Assembly (NCBI GenBank): GCA_025594325.1
Contig: JANHCV010000004.1
Span: 2,170,001 to 2,234,000 of the forward strand
Direction of reading: 5' to 3'
Source of the DNA: Blastocladiella emersonii ATCC 22665
Taxonomy: Eukaryota; Fungi; Blastocladiomycota
DNA: 64,000 bases
Of this stretch, positions 25,038 through 37,139 are shown piece by piece. The translations under genes were made by a program, and so were the position numbers. A model generated the notes under the pieces. The model was not told the DNA's origin. It did not search any database and was given only the letters and a program-made list of their open reading frames with translations. Position 1 is the stretch's first letter; each line of letters starts with the position of its first letter.

Positions 25038-25352
25038 ATGACAAGCAGCGCCAGCCTCCTCCTCTTCGCCAAGTCGGTTGCCGGTGGCCTCGCCGTGTCC
25101 GCCGTGGCGGCGAGCGCGGCCACGGCCGTCGTCCTGCGAGTCTCGTACGGCTACCACTCGCTGGTTCTCCGCCGCGCGGCAGCTACCGCAGCGGCGGCGA
25201 CGGCCAAGCCCGACAAGAACGCCAAGTACCGCCATCCGAGCGGGAGCAGTCTGTTCGGGACGGCGGGCAACGACGACTGGGAGTTGCGGAACGGGTTCGC
25301 GGGGAGCGAGAGCACCAAGGCGCGGGCAGCACACGAAGCGAACAAGGAGTGA
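25038..25352 (+). CDS. Small hypothetical protein of 104 aa with an N-terminal hydrophobic segment
   Basis: The ATG is in good context, a CATAAAAG motif lies near 24991, codons show strong C/G third-position bias, and the stretch GGLAVSAVAASAATAVVL is hydrophobic. I recognise no family. Confidence 0.6.
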   Translation: MTSSASLLLFAKSVAGGLAVSAVAASAATAVVLRVSYGYHSLVLRRAAATAAAATAKPDKNAKYRHPSGSSLFGTAGNDDWELRNGFAGSESTKARAAHEANKE

Positions 25353-26280
25353 CGCGGATACCCTGATGTGTAAATTTCGCGTGGGGTGTGATAAAAAGCC
25401 AGTGATACGGCTCTTGATGGGCTGGATGGGCGCGACGCGGGGATCAGGTGACGCGAGAGTGGCGAGCGACGCGTGCCGAAGTCACACGCCGTGCCGTGGG
25501 CGCGCTCGCGCCCCCGCCCGCCCGCCCGCGGCCGCCGCGTCCAGGCCTTCGCTCTCCCGCCCGCCCTCGCCCGCTCGTCACAGCCCATCGCCGCCTGCAA
25601 CGGACCCCCCTGTATCATCGACCTCGACGACGACGCACCCCCGCACTGCAACGACACGACCGACGCCAGCCGACTTGACGCATCGCGCGCGCGCTCCCCA
25701 CCACCAACCACCCCCCACCCCCACCCCGCTACACTCCACACGCCCCGTCCCTCGGTGACGCCCTCGACGTCGACGACTACGCTCCGCCGCACCACCACAT
25801 CCACCGCGACCTGCAGCACGCTCGCTCCCGCACGCCCGAGCGCTCCTGCCCCCCGCCCCCGCGAGATCGCGCGCCCTGTACACTTTGCGTACGCGGCAGC
25901 TCGATTCTACTGTGCGGATCGGAGCGCCTCGCTGACGCCGTGCATCCGCGCGTAGCCGACCGACGACTGCCTGTCTCGGCCGCATCGCTCGCTGCGCCCA
26001 CGATCGCAACGCAGCCCGCCTCCCGCTGCCCTCGCCCCCCAAGACATCTGCCTGAGACCTGCCCCCCGCTTGGTGCACCGCGCAGAGCCCTCCCGCCATC
26101 CGCGACCAGTTTTGGGTGCGTTGGTCCCTGACTCATTCCTCCCCCCCTGCATGCTGCATGCGTGTGGCCAACGCGTCTCACCCGCCCGTCTCGCTTGCGC
26201 GCGCGTTCGCACCGTAGAATCCCACCCGCCATTGATTGCATCCGCTCGACCACCGACAACCATTCCCCCTCTGCCTCGTC

Positions 26281-29200
26281 ATGTCGCCCTCGACGCCCCC
26301 GCCGTCCGCCTCGCTCGCCGCCGACCGCCCCCTCGCCGACCGCGTCCACCGCGAGCACTCGCCCGTGCTGCAGTTTGGCCGCATCGCCATCAGCAACGCG
26401 CCGCCAAAGGCCGTCTCGTCCGCCGCCGTTACCCTGCCGCCCAGCGCACGCCACTACTTTGCCGCCGACTCGACCCCGAGCACGACGGCACACCCGTCCA
26501 ACGGTGCGCGCCCGGTCCCGCCACGGGGCGCATCCGCTTCGCCGGCACCCGCGCCCGCGTCTTCTGCACCGGGCGGCGGTGGCGGCGGCGGCAAGAAGAA
26601 GAAGTCGGGTCGAGGCGGCAAGCGCGGCTCGACCGGTCCTGTCGCTGCCCCGTCTACGCCTTCTGTCGTCGCCGCTGCTGCCGCTGCCCCCGCCGCCGAG
26701 GAGAACGCGGTCCCTGAACCCGCATCGCCGTCCTCGTCGGTCGGATCCGCAGGGATCGCAGCAGCCGCAGCAGCCGCCGCCAAGGCCAAGCGCCGCGTCT
26801 CGCGCATCACCGAGTCCACGTCCGTCTCGTTCCCGCACACGCTCGACTCGGTGCTCGCCTCGTCCGCAACCCCGCTGGACCTGCAGTTCGGCACCATTGA
26901 GCCCGCCGTCTCGCCCGCGTCCGCTCCATCGCCCTCCTCGCCCGCCCACGCGCCCGCCGCCGACGTGTCCGCGTCGCCATCACCCGTGTCTGCATCTCCG
27001 ATCTTCTCGTCCGCGCACGCCCCGCCAAAGTCGGACGCGGAGCCCGCGGCGCCCGCGACCGGTGCGGACGTCGCGACCAAGCCCCCGCACCTGTACCCGC
27101 ACCAGCAGCAGCAGCAGCACCCACAGTACTACCCGCCGCACCAGCAGCAGCAACAGCAACAGCAGCAGCCGCAGTACGGTTACCTCGGCGGCGCGCCCCC
27201 ACAGTACCCCTACCAGCCGCAGCAGCCGCAGCAGCAGAACCAGCAGAGTCCGAACCCGAACCAGCAGCAACAGCAGCAGCAGCACTTCCCGTACCAGCAG
27301 CCGCAGCAGCCGCCCGCCCACCCGCACCATCCGCAGCAGCAGCAGCACATGCACGGCCCGCCGCCGCCTGGCCAGCAGCACCGTAGCCCCGGCCACTCGG
27401 TACGCGTTGTTTATCCTGTTAGCGCGCGATCAGTCGGCTTACCCTCTTGTACCGTCCAGAACGGCGACCAATTCCGCGGCAGCCCGAACGTGAACGGCGC
27501 TGGGCCCAACGGCGCGCAGGCACCGCCCGGTTCCGCGACCTCGGCGGGCCCGCCGCCCGGCGCGTTTTCGTCGGGCGCGCCGACCTCGGGCCCCGCGCTC
27601 CCGCACCAGGCCATGGTCGCGATGCCGCCCGGCCTCCACCACCCCGGGGGCGAGGTGCCCGTGTTCATCCCATGGGAGGGCGCGCCGCAGTACTACTACG
27701 TACGTCGTTTTTCACACGTCTCGCTCAAGCTGTCCGCAGACCGCGACTAACCTGGTTGACGTCGCCTAGGCCGGCTACTACCCCGCCCCGACCGCCGGCC
27801 CGCCGCACCTCGCCCAGCAGCAGCCGCAGCAGGGCACGTCGCGCCTTCCGTCGCAGTTCATGCAGCAGATCCAGGTCCAGCCCGTGCCCATGCCCTACTA
27901 TGCGCCCATGATGCCCATGGGCCCCATGCCGCCGCAGGGCGGTGCGCCTACCGCTGGCGTCCCCGTGTCGTCGGCCGGCCCCGCGCAGCCCGGCCCGCCG
28001 GGGCTCACGGCGCCCGTCACCGCGGCGGGGCCGTCCTCGGTGCCCACCGCGCCCGCCACCGTCGTGCTACCCGGCGGCCTCGTCCCCATGGTCCCCGGCC
28101 CGCCTCCCGGGCCCGGTGCGCCCATGCACCACCCGGTCCCGCCCCTCCCCATGGGCGCGGGCCCGCCGCCGCTGCCCGTTGCGGTGCCCGCCATGCCCCT
28201 CGGCGCGCCGCCCGGTGCTGCCGGCGGTGCCGCGGCGGCGATCCTCGCGCCGCGCGCGTCCAAGGCCATCAAGATCACGCGGCGCGACCTGCCCAACGTC
28301 GCCGTGGACATCAAGGACCTCGCGAGCCAGGCCAAGTCGTCGTCGTCGTCCAACCTGTTCGACGACCGCAGCAGCAACCTGAGCACCGGGTCCGGCTCGA
28401 CGCCGATCCCCGGCCACCACGCCCACGGGCTCCATCATCATCACCACCACCACGCTGCGGCCGCGCTCGACGACTCGTCGTCCTCGTCCGACTCGGCATC
28501 GCCTGTTGCCGACGAGCCCGCCACCCCCGCGCCCAAGGAACCCGAACTTTCGGCGTCCGAGATCGCCCGCGCGCAGCTGTCCGCCGCCAAGGTCACCCGC
28601 GCCATCCTCATCCGCAAGCCCGGCGAGCGCGCCACGCCCTCGCCCACGGTCGCCGCTCCCGCTGCGGCTGTTGCTGAGGTGCCGGCCGCCAAGCCCGTGT
28701 CGCCGACGCGTGCCCGCGGCCGCTCGCCATCCCCGGCGCCTAAGGCTGCCCCTGCGGTTGCGCCGGTGCAGCGGGGTCGCTCCAAGAGCCCCGCACCCGC
28801 GCCCGTCACAGCTGCGCCCAAGGCCCGCTCGCCGTCGCCCGCGCGCCCCGTGTCGCCCGTCCGCTCGCGGTCCGCGTCGCCCGCCAAGGTCGCTAGCAGT
28901 CCCGCGCCCATCTCGGTCGCGGACTCGGCGGCCGAGGTCGAGTCGGAGCCCGAGGCTGACGACGATGAGGTCGTGGTCCGCTCGGGCCCGAGCTCGGAGG
29001 TCGGCGCTGCTGATGAGGACGAGGAGGAGGAGGCCGAGGAGTCCATGGCGGCCAAGTCGCCCGAGGTCGAGGTCACCGCCTCGCCCGCGCCCGCGTCCGA
29101 CGCCGAGGACGAGGAGACCGAGGTGGCGCCGGCTGCCGACTCGCTGCACCACGACGGCGACGCCGAGGAGGACCACACGGTCGGCTCCGACCACGACGAC

Positions 29201-31708
29201 GAGCACGATCACGAGCAAGAGCACGAGACCGAGGTGGTCTCGGCCCCCGCCGACGACACCTCGGCGGACCGCGACGCCGACGGCGTGTACCGGTACCCCA
29301 AGGAGCGGCTCCTGCAGCTCTTCTCGCTCGACATCCCGCTGCCGCTCAACGCCAACCTCGCGCCCTTCGCCGACCGCCCGCGCGGCGGTGCTGGCGTCAG
29401 CGACCGCGGCGGCCGCGGCGGGTCCTCGCGCGGCGCGCACCGCGGCCCGCCGTCGCGCACCGGCAGCGCCAACTTTGGGCCCGGCAGCATGTCGCAGGGC
29501 CCGCCCCCGCCCGGCCTCTCGACGACCTCGTACGGGTTCGGCGGGCCCGGGCCCATCAAGCGCGCCGCGCCCCTCCCGCCCGGCGCCGCTGCTGCCGCGG
29601 CGATTGCGGCGGCCAACGCGAGCGGCAGCGACCGTCGCGGCGGTAGCGGGCGTGGCGATGCCCGTCGCGGCACGGGTCCCGGCCCGCGCGACCGCGGCGA
29701 CCGCGGCGACCGCGACTTCCACCACGGCGCGGCGCCGCCGCCGCAGGACTACCGCAGCGGCGGGCCCGCGGCGAGCGTCATGGAGCGCGAGCGCAGCGAG
29801 CAGGGCGGCAGCCGGCGCGGCGACCGGCGCGGGTCGCGTCGCGGCGGCGACCGCGGCGGGCAGAAGGAGGCCAAGGAGCACCACAAGGACCCGCACGGGG
29901 CGCGCGGCGTGGCGCTGCTGCCCGAGGACCTCAAGCCGCTCGAGAAGAGCAGCTCGGCGTGGGTGCCCGACTCGCTGGTGGCCAAGGTGGGCGACGCGGC
30001 GGCAGCCGGCGTGGCCGAGGAGGAGTCGCCCGAGGAGGTGTACCTGCGCAAGATCGGCAAGCAGACGCGCGGGCTGCTCAACAAGCTGTCGCCCGAGAAC
30101 TACGAGAAGCTCGAGCAGCGGTTCGTGGAGCCGCTCGAGTCGGCGGCGGCGCTCAAGCTGGTCACGTCGCTGATCGTGCGCAAGTCGTTTGACGAGCCCA
30201 AGTACGCGTCGCTGTACGCGCGGCTGACGCTGTACATGAACAAGTTCATGAAGCCGCTCAAGGGCCAGCCCGACGACGACCTGGAGGTGGCGCACCGGAT
30301 CCGCAAGCAGACGCGCACGCACGTCGTGTCGGCGTGCCAGGAGCAGTTCCTCGCGCGGCCTAAGTGGGCGCACCTCGCCAAGGGGTCCATCTCCGAGGAG
30401 CAGTTCGAGGAGGTGGTCAAGATCAAGTCCAAGGTGCTCGGCAACATGCGGTTCATCTCGGAGCTGTTCAACTACGGCATCATCTCCAAGCGCGTCATCG
30501 CGTCGATCCTCGGCGTCCTGCTCAGCAACGCCGAAACGCCCGCCGAGGAGGACCTCGAGTGCCTGATCGTGCTCGCGACCAACGCCGGCCGCGCCCTCAC
30601 GGTCCAGCTCCGCGAGGACCTCAACACCTTCTTTGACACGATCCGGTCCATTGCCGAGAACGCGGAGCTCATCCCGCGCCTCAAGTTTGCCCTGCTCGAC
30701 CTCATTGCGCTCAAGGAGAACAACTGGGTCAAGCCGTCGGGGCCCAAGCCCACGCCCGCGGCGGCTAACGCGGCGGCGACCTCGGTCCTGCGCCGGCCCG
30801 ACCGCGGCGGCAACAACAGTGCGGCCGCATCGAACCCCGGTGGGTGGACCACCAAGGAGGGTCCCGGCGGGTCGTCGTCGTCGGCAGGCTCGCGCCGCGG
30901 CAACAACAACAACAACAACCCGCCCGGTCCGCCCAGCCGCGGTGCGTCGTTCCGCGAGGACTCGTCCCGCGGCGCTTCGTCGTCGGGCGGTGCTCGGTCG
31001 GGCGGGTCGGCGACCCCGCGCGGGTCCGTCAGCCGCGCGACCGGGTCCAGCGCACTCGGCGGTGGCAAGTCGGGCGCGTCGTCGCGCGGCAACGCGTTTG
31101 CGGCGCTCGCGATGCACGACGACACGCACTCGCACGGCGGCGACACGGACGACGACCGCACGCCGTCGGTGCCGTCGCCCGTCAAGCCGGCGGCGACGGG
31201 CCGCGGTGGCAAGGGCGGCAAGGCCGCGGCCGCGGCTGTGGTCCCACCAACGGCGGCGCGCACGACGTCCATCTCGGGCCCGGCGCACGTGCACCTGACG
31301 CCGGCGCAGGCGGTGGAGAAGGCGGAGCGCGCGGTCAAGGACTTTTTGGTGAACCTGGACGCGGACGAGCTCGCGTCGGTGCTGGCGACCAAGTTCCCCG
31401 CGGCGGGCGACGCGCTGCCCGCGGCCATCGCGCGCGCCGTGGACCTGATCCTCGAGCGCAAGGCGGTGCAGGCGGCGGCGTTCGGGCGCGCGCTCGCGGC
31501 CGCGGTCCGCGAGCACAAGACGGACGCGGCGCTCGTCGTGCGCGGGATCACCGAGTCGGTCACGTTCGCCGAGTACGAGGACATGAAGATCGACATCCCG
31601 CAGCTCGACACGCTCGCGCGCGCCATGGTCAAGGAGGTCGCGCCCGCGCTGGCGCCCGCGCAGCTGCGCGCCGTGCTCGACACGGCCGGCGGGCTCAAGC
31701 TCGAGTGA
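26281..31708 (+). CDS. EIF4G: Eukaryotic translation initiation factor 4G (MIF4G + MA3 domains), 3 exons, 1765 aa
   Basis: eIF4E-binding motif YPKERLL (YxxxxLphi) at 29294-29314. MIF4G domain runs from RGLLNKLSPENYEKL through FDEPKYASLYARL and LGNMRFISELF to RLKFALLDLIALKENNW. The C-terminus is MA3-like. Exons are 26281-27399, 27460-27699 and 27770-31708; intron 2 has a GACTAAC branch point. Confidence 0.92.
27100..27350 (+). repeat. CAG/CAA-rich Gln/Pro/Tyr/His low-complexity tract in eIF4G exon 1
   Basis: Repeated CAGCAG runs encode HQQQQQHPQYYPPHQQQQQQQQQPQYGY...QQQQHM. Confidence 0.9.
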
Positions 31709-31954
31709 GCGGGTGGGCGCAGAGCACGAAGGAGTAATATACAGAAATCGTGATATTTCAGTCCCCACGTGCCTGCGCGATGTCTCTCTCCGGCTGCGAG
31801 GCGGCAGGGAGGCGAGACGGCGCCGTCGCGTCGATTCGGTTCGCGCTCTCCTCCCTCCATCTCCCGCTGCTACCTTAGACGAATCACCGACGCTCCCCTG
31901 CGAGGAGCCGTCTCTCCCGGCCGCGCAACCCGCCGCAACGCAACCTTCGCAATC

Positions 31955-33268
31955 ATGACGTCGTCCGCACACGCGCCGCCGCCGACCGTGTGGCTGCCGG
32001 CGCACCCGGCGACGCTGCCGCCCAACACGCCGCCGACGACGCCCGCGCAGTGGGTGTTCTCCCGCGCGCAGGTCGACGCGTACTACGGGCAGCCCGTGCC
32101 GCCGCTGCCGCCCGGCGCGCCGCCCGCCTCGTCCTCGTCCTCGTCGTCGGGCAGCGACCTGCGGTTCCGCGACCCGGTGCGGTACTTCCGCGAGCGCGGC
32201 GTGCAGTTCGCGCACCACATCGGGTACCGGATGCAGCTGCCGCCGTCGACGCTGGCGTGCGCTGCGACCTTCTTCCACCGCTTCTACATGCGGCGCGGGT
32301 TCGCCACGTTCCCGCACTACGACGTGGCCGCGACGTGCGTGCTGGTCGCGACGAAGGCCGACGAGCACTTTGTCAAGATCGCGAGCCTGTCGACGGCCGC
32401 GGCCAAGTCCGCCAACAAGGGCCCGCCGATGTCGAGTTCCGACCTCGCGCGCGAGGCCGACAAGTGGAAGTCCAAGATCCTGCACCTCGAGCCGCTCGTG
32501 TGCGAGGCGATTGCGTTCGACCTGTACGTGGCGTACCCGGCGCGCCCGCTCGCCAACTTCCTCGCGACCACGGCGTACGCCAAGACGCTGTACCAGGTCG
32601 CCGCCACCGTGCTCGCCGACAGCTACCGCACCACGGCGGTCCTGCAGTTCCAGCCCGCCGTCATCGCCGCCGCGTGCCTGCACATCGCGAAAAAGGTCAC
32701 GGGCAAGACCATGGACAACGACTGGATGGACCAGATGGTCGGCCGCGGACGCCGCATCGACGTGCTCGAGGCTGCCGCCGTTATCCTTGACGTGTACCAG
32801 CCCGCCGCCGCGGGGGGCGCGCCGCTCCCGCCCATCGCGCCGCCACCGCCGCCCTCGACGACCGCCGGTGGTGCTGGAACGCGGAGGAGCAGCCTGTCGC
32901 CGTCCGGGTCCACGTCGTTTGCCGACACGTCGCGCACCGGGTCGACGGTCGGCGGCGGCATGTCGCCCGCGGCGACCCCGGGCGCCCCGCCGCCAAGGGA
33001 CGCGCACCCGCCCGCCAAGAACAAGCGCACGCTCGAGGAAGTGGTGCTCATGGCGCGGTCGCGCGCCGGGGGGTCGGCCATGGCGCCTGCACCAGCGGCC
33101 GCGGCAGCAGCAGCAGTGCCGCCAACCGCTGCCGCCGAGGACATCGGCAGCAACCCACCGCCGCCGTCCAAACACCCGCCCATCAGTACGCGCGAGCTGC
33201 GCGGCGAGCGGGGCAGCGACCCGGAGCCGGGCGAGGTCGGGACCGACGACATGGACGTGGACGGCTGA
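31955..33268 (+). CDS. Transcriptional cyclin (cyclin K/T, Pch1/Bur2-like), 437 aa
   Basis: Motifs QWVFSRAQV, RERGVQFAHHIGYRMQLP, AATFFHRFYMRR, VAATCVLVATKADE, LEPLVCEAIAFDLYVAYP and IAAACLHIA, followed by a disordered tail. Confidence 0.85.
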   Translation: MTSSAHAPPPTVWLPAHPATLPPNTPPTTPAQWVFSRAQVDAYYGQPVPPLPPGAPPASSSSSSSGSDLRFRDPVRYFRERGVQFAHHIGYRMQLPPSTLACAATFFHRFYMRRGFATFPHYDVAATCVLVATKADEHFVKIASLSTAAAKSANKGPPMSSSDLAREADKWKSKILHLEPLVCEAIAFDLYVAYPARPLANFLATTAYAKTLYQVAATVLADSYRTTAVLQFQPAVIAAACLHIAKKVTGKTMDNDWMDQMVGRGRRIDVLEAAAVILDVYQPAAAGGAPLPPIAPPPPPSTTAGGAGTRRSSLSPSGSTSFADTSRTGSTVGGGMSPAATPGAPPPRDAHPPAKNKRTLEEVVLMARSRAGGSAMAPAPAAAAAAAVPPTAAAEDIGSNPPPPSKHPPISTRELRGERGSDPEPGEVGTDDMDVDG

Positions 33269-33343
33269 CGATGATCATGATAAATAAACGTGTTGTATAC
33301 TACCACTGCTCCGAGTCTGGGTATCGATCCTCCTCCTCCGTCA

Positions 33344-36300
33344 TCACGCCGCAAAAAGCTTTCCGGTGCGCCCGCTCCCCTTAGCCGCGGCCTCGGCGCG
33401 CTCGCGCCAGAACGCGATCTGCGCCCTCAGCGCGCCCGCGACGCGGTAGCTGGCCTCGCGCTCGGCCGTCCACGACTTGAGCGTGGCCTCGACGTCGCGG
33501 ACGCGCGCGCGCGCCGCATCGACCTCGCCCTCGAGCCGGCGCACCAAGGCCCTTGCCTCGTCGCGCTCTTTCGCCGTCGCGCTCGCGTCCCGCGCCGCCA
33601 CGCCGACGTGCGCGCCCAGGGCCTCGTACTCGGCGACCGTCGCGTGCACCGCCGCCAGCTCGCTCGCCTGCGTCGCGACGGCGGCTTCGAGCGCGGCCAC
33701 GGCCGCGGCGTGCGACGCGGATTGCGCGGTCAGGGCGGATTGCGTAGAGCGGAGCGTCATGGCGGACGCCTCGAGCTCGCCCTCGCGCTGCGCGAGGAGC
33801 GCTTCGAGGACCACGAGCTGTGCGCCCGCGTCGGCGGCGTCGGCGCGCGCGGCGGCTAGGTCGGACTCCGCGGTCGCGAGGAGGCGGGTGAGCTCCGACT
33901 CGCGCGCGCGGAGCGGGGCGAGGTCCGATTCGAGCGCCGACCTGGCCTGGGTCGCGGCGTCGAGCGCGGCGCGCGCCGTGTCGAGGTCCGCTGTCGCCGA
34001 CGCGAGCGACGCGCGCAGGTCTGCGGCCGTTGACTCGGCCGACTCGGCAGCCAATCGAGCCGACGCGAGGTCCGACTCGAGCTGCGTGCACTGCGCTGCG
34101 GACGCGGTCAGCTGCGCAGTCGTGTCGGCGAGCTGCGCGTCGAGCGCTGACTTGGCGGACTCGGCCGCGTCGAGGCGCGACTGCAGGGCGGCGAGCTGCT
34201 CGGTGACGGCAGCTTGCTCGGAGGCTGCCGCCTCGAGTTCGGTTGCTGCGGCTTCGAGGTCGGCGTCGTGCTGCGACGTGAGCAACTGGATGGCGCCCGC
34301 GTGGTCCGCGGTCAGGGCGTCGATGGCGGCGGCGTGCGCGGACGACGCGGACTCGAGCGCGGCGGCATGCTCGGCGGCGATCGACTCGAGTTGCACGACA
34401 TGTTCCGCGCTCATGGCCTCGATGGCGGCCGCATGTTCCGAAACGGTAGCCTCGAGCGCGGCAGCGTGCTCGGCAGCGATGGACTCGAGCTGCACCGCGT
34501 GGTCGGCGGTCAGGGCCTCGATGGCGGCGGCGTGCTCGGACGACGCGGCCTCGAGCACAGCGGCGTACTCGGCCTCGAGGGACTCGAGCTCCGTGGCATG
34601 GTCGGCCGTCAGCTGCTCGACCGCCGCGTCGTGCTCGGCGGTGAGCGACGCGACGGCATCGGCGTGCTCGGCGGCCATGGCCTCGAGCGCAGACGCGTGT
34701 TCAGCAGCTTGCGTCTCAAGCGCAGCCGCGTGTTCCGCAGCGAGCGCCTCGAGAGCGACCGCATGCTCCTCGGCGACCTGCTCGGCCTGCGCGCGCGCAT
34801 CCGCGAGCTCAGCCTCGACCCCCGCCACCCGCTCGTCGCGCGCGGCGACCTCCTCGACGAGCCAGTCGCGCTCAGCCGTAATCGTGTCGAGCGCGATGGC
34901 CGCAGCCCCGAGGTCCGCGAGGGCCGCGCGGTTCCCGTCGGCCTGTGCGTCGAGCTCGGCCTGGATCCCAGCGATCCGCGCGTCGCGGTACGCGAGGTCA
35001 GCCGCGAGCCGGTCGCGTTCCGCGGTCACCGCATCCAGCGCGACCGCCGCGGCCTCGAGCTCCGCAGCCACCGCGCGCTTCTCCTCGGCGCACGCGTCGA
35101 GCTGGCCCTTGAGCGCAGACACGCGGTCGAGCGCGGCGGCGAGCTCGTGCGACCGCGCGGTCAGGGACGACGCGCAGGTGGTGAGCTTGGCCTCGGTCGC
35201 GGCGGCCGCGGCGCGTTCGGCGTCGAGCTGCGCGGTCAGGGACGCGAGCGAGGCGTCGCGCTCGGCGAGGGCGGCGAGGTGCGTGTCCCGCTCGCGAACC
35301 GCGACCGTGAGCTCCGACTCCTTGGACTCGATGACCAGCACGGCCTCCTCGGCGACGGCGTGCAGCTCGACCTCCCGCGCGGTCCTCACGTCGAGCTGCG
35401 CGCGCAGCTGCGCGAGATCGGCGTCGCGCGCGGCGAGGTCCGTGTCCCGCGCCGCGAGCTGGGAGGTCGCGGCGGCCAGGTCAGCCGCGGTCGCGGCGCA
35501 CGCGTCGTTGGCGTCGCGAAGACTCGTCTCGAGCGCCTCGATCCGCTCCTGCGCGCCGCCAAGCGCGGCCTGCGCAGTGGTCGCCGCCTGCTCCCACGCG
35601 ACCGCGCGCTCCTCGGCGGCCGCCGCACGCACGTCCGCGTTCTGTGCGGCGATCTGCGCCGCGTCAATCTCAGCCGCAGCGCGGCGCGCAGCCTCGTCCA
35701 TTTGCGCCATAAGCTCGGCAGCGCGGTCCATGTGCGCGATCGCGTCGCGGCGGGCGGCGGCGACGGCGGCGTCGAGGTCGCGGTTGGCGGCTTCGGCGGC
35801 CATGAGTTTCGCGCGCGTGTGGTAGAGGAGGTCCCAGGAGGGTGTCGCGCCGCCGACGTCGTCGAGCGAGTCGGCGGGGACGCGGCGGCCGCGGTCCACG
35901 GCGCGGTCGATGTCGGCGACGGTTGTGCACGGCGACGGCGAGCCCGTGATGGTGGCCAGGTGCGCGAGCAGGGCGCGCGCGGCGTCGCGGTCCCCGCGCA
36001 GCGCGTCGAGGTCGCGCGTCATCAGGTCGCACTCGGCGATCAGGGCAGTGAGTTCGAGCTGCGAGTCTACACTCGTTTGGTGTGTGAGCCATATTTCACC
36101 GATTAAGTGTGACGAACAGCGTACCCTGGTGCTGCGTCGCTAGGTCCTCGACATACTCGCGTCGGCGGCACGCGTGCGGGTCGGCGGACGGGAACACGGC
36201 GCGGACGAGCAGCATGAGGTTAGCGGCGAGCGCGCGCTCGCGGTCGAGGGCGCCGAGCATGGCGCCGGCCGTCGCGTGGTACTCGGACACGGTCGACGCG

Positions 36301-37139
36301 AGCTCGCGGTGCTCGGACTCGAGCGCGGCCACGTGGCCCTCGAGAAAGGCAACCGACGACGACGTCGAGGTCGGCGGGGATGGCGGCAGCGCAATGGACC
36401 GCGGGATCGGGGACGGCGCGAGGGAAACTGTTGGCAGCGTCCACTCAGCACCGTCGTCGTCGGCGCCACTCGGGCAGCCCAGCGCGGACGAGGCCGGCAG
36501 ATCCAGCTCGGGCAGGACGGGCGACACGGTGTTCGTGATGTTCGCGTTGGCGTGTGCTCTTGTCCAGATGGGGGCGGTATCGATCGACACGGCGCCGGGC
36601 GACAGCGGGAGGGGCTACATTCAGCGTACACGATAAAGTTTTCGTCGGTCAGTCAGTCATAAAGCGAGAGCACGGAGTCGTGCGCGCGCACGAGCGGGTG
36701 TACGCACCGTCAGCATGGCAACTGCCATAGCCAGCTCGTCGTTGACCGCCACGGCGCCCATCTTGCCGACGGCCGCGGACGCAGCGGCAGCCGCAGCAAA
36801 GACGCTGTGGATGTGCGCCTTGTCCGGGTACGCGCACGTTTGCGTGCTTGGTCTTGTTGGGAGGGCATCGGGCTCGTACAGCGTCGACGCCGACCCGATC
36901 ATGGCTGCGCCGCCGCCGCCGTTGTTGTTGTCGGCCTCGGCAGGCGGCGATGGTGGAGCGGTCTCGTAGATGTCCATGGACGAGGCCTGCGAGTCGCCAA
37001 TCCACGCAAGCAATGGCGGGGCGAGAAGGTCGTCGGTCGACGCGCGCGCGAGCGCTAGCGGCCGCGTCACGGGCGGTTGCCCCCACGGGCGCGGCGCGGC
37101 GAATGCATGAGGCTGCGGTTGCTGGTGTAGTTGCTCCAT
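33344..37139 (-). CDS. Large Ala/Glu-rich coiled-coil protein, 3 exons, 1214 aa, function unknown
   Basis: Exons are 37139-36708, 36614-36125 and 36066-33344. Introns of 93 and 58 nt (GTGCGT/GTACGC...TGTAG) give an in-frame total of 3645 nt. The N-terminus is disordered and a long heptad/hendecad coiled coil follows. Confidence 0.8.
34253..34780 (-). repeat. 16 tandem 33-bp (11-aa) coding repeats, consensus xxxxEHxxxLE
   Basis: QVAEEHAVALE ALAAEHAAALE TQAAEHASALE ... LLTSQHDADLE; 528 nt = 16 x 33. His sits at the same position in 15 of 16 units. Confidence 0.9.

Noticed and set aside
28067-36106. Very long antisense or alternative-frame ORFs (28067-33175 -, 33477-35825 +, 34214-36106 +; likewise 58162-60513 - and 22225-23739 -)
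   Set aside because: These are shadows of real GC-rich genes on the other strand or frame. Stops are rare at this GC content, and the translations are Arg/Gly/Ala/Ser-rich with no motifs.
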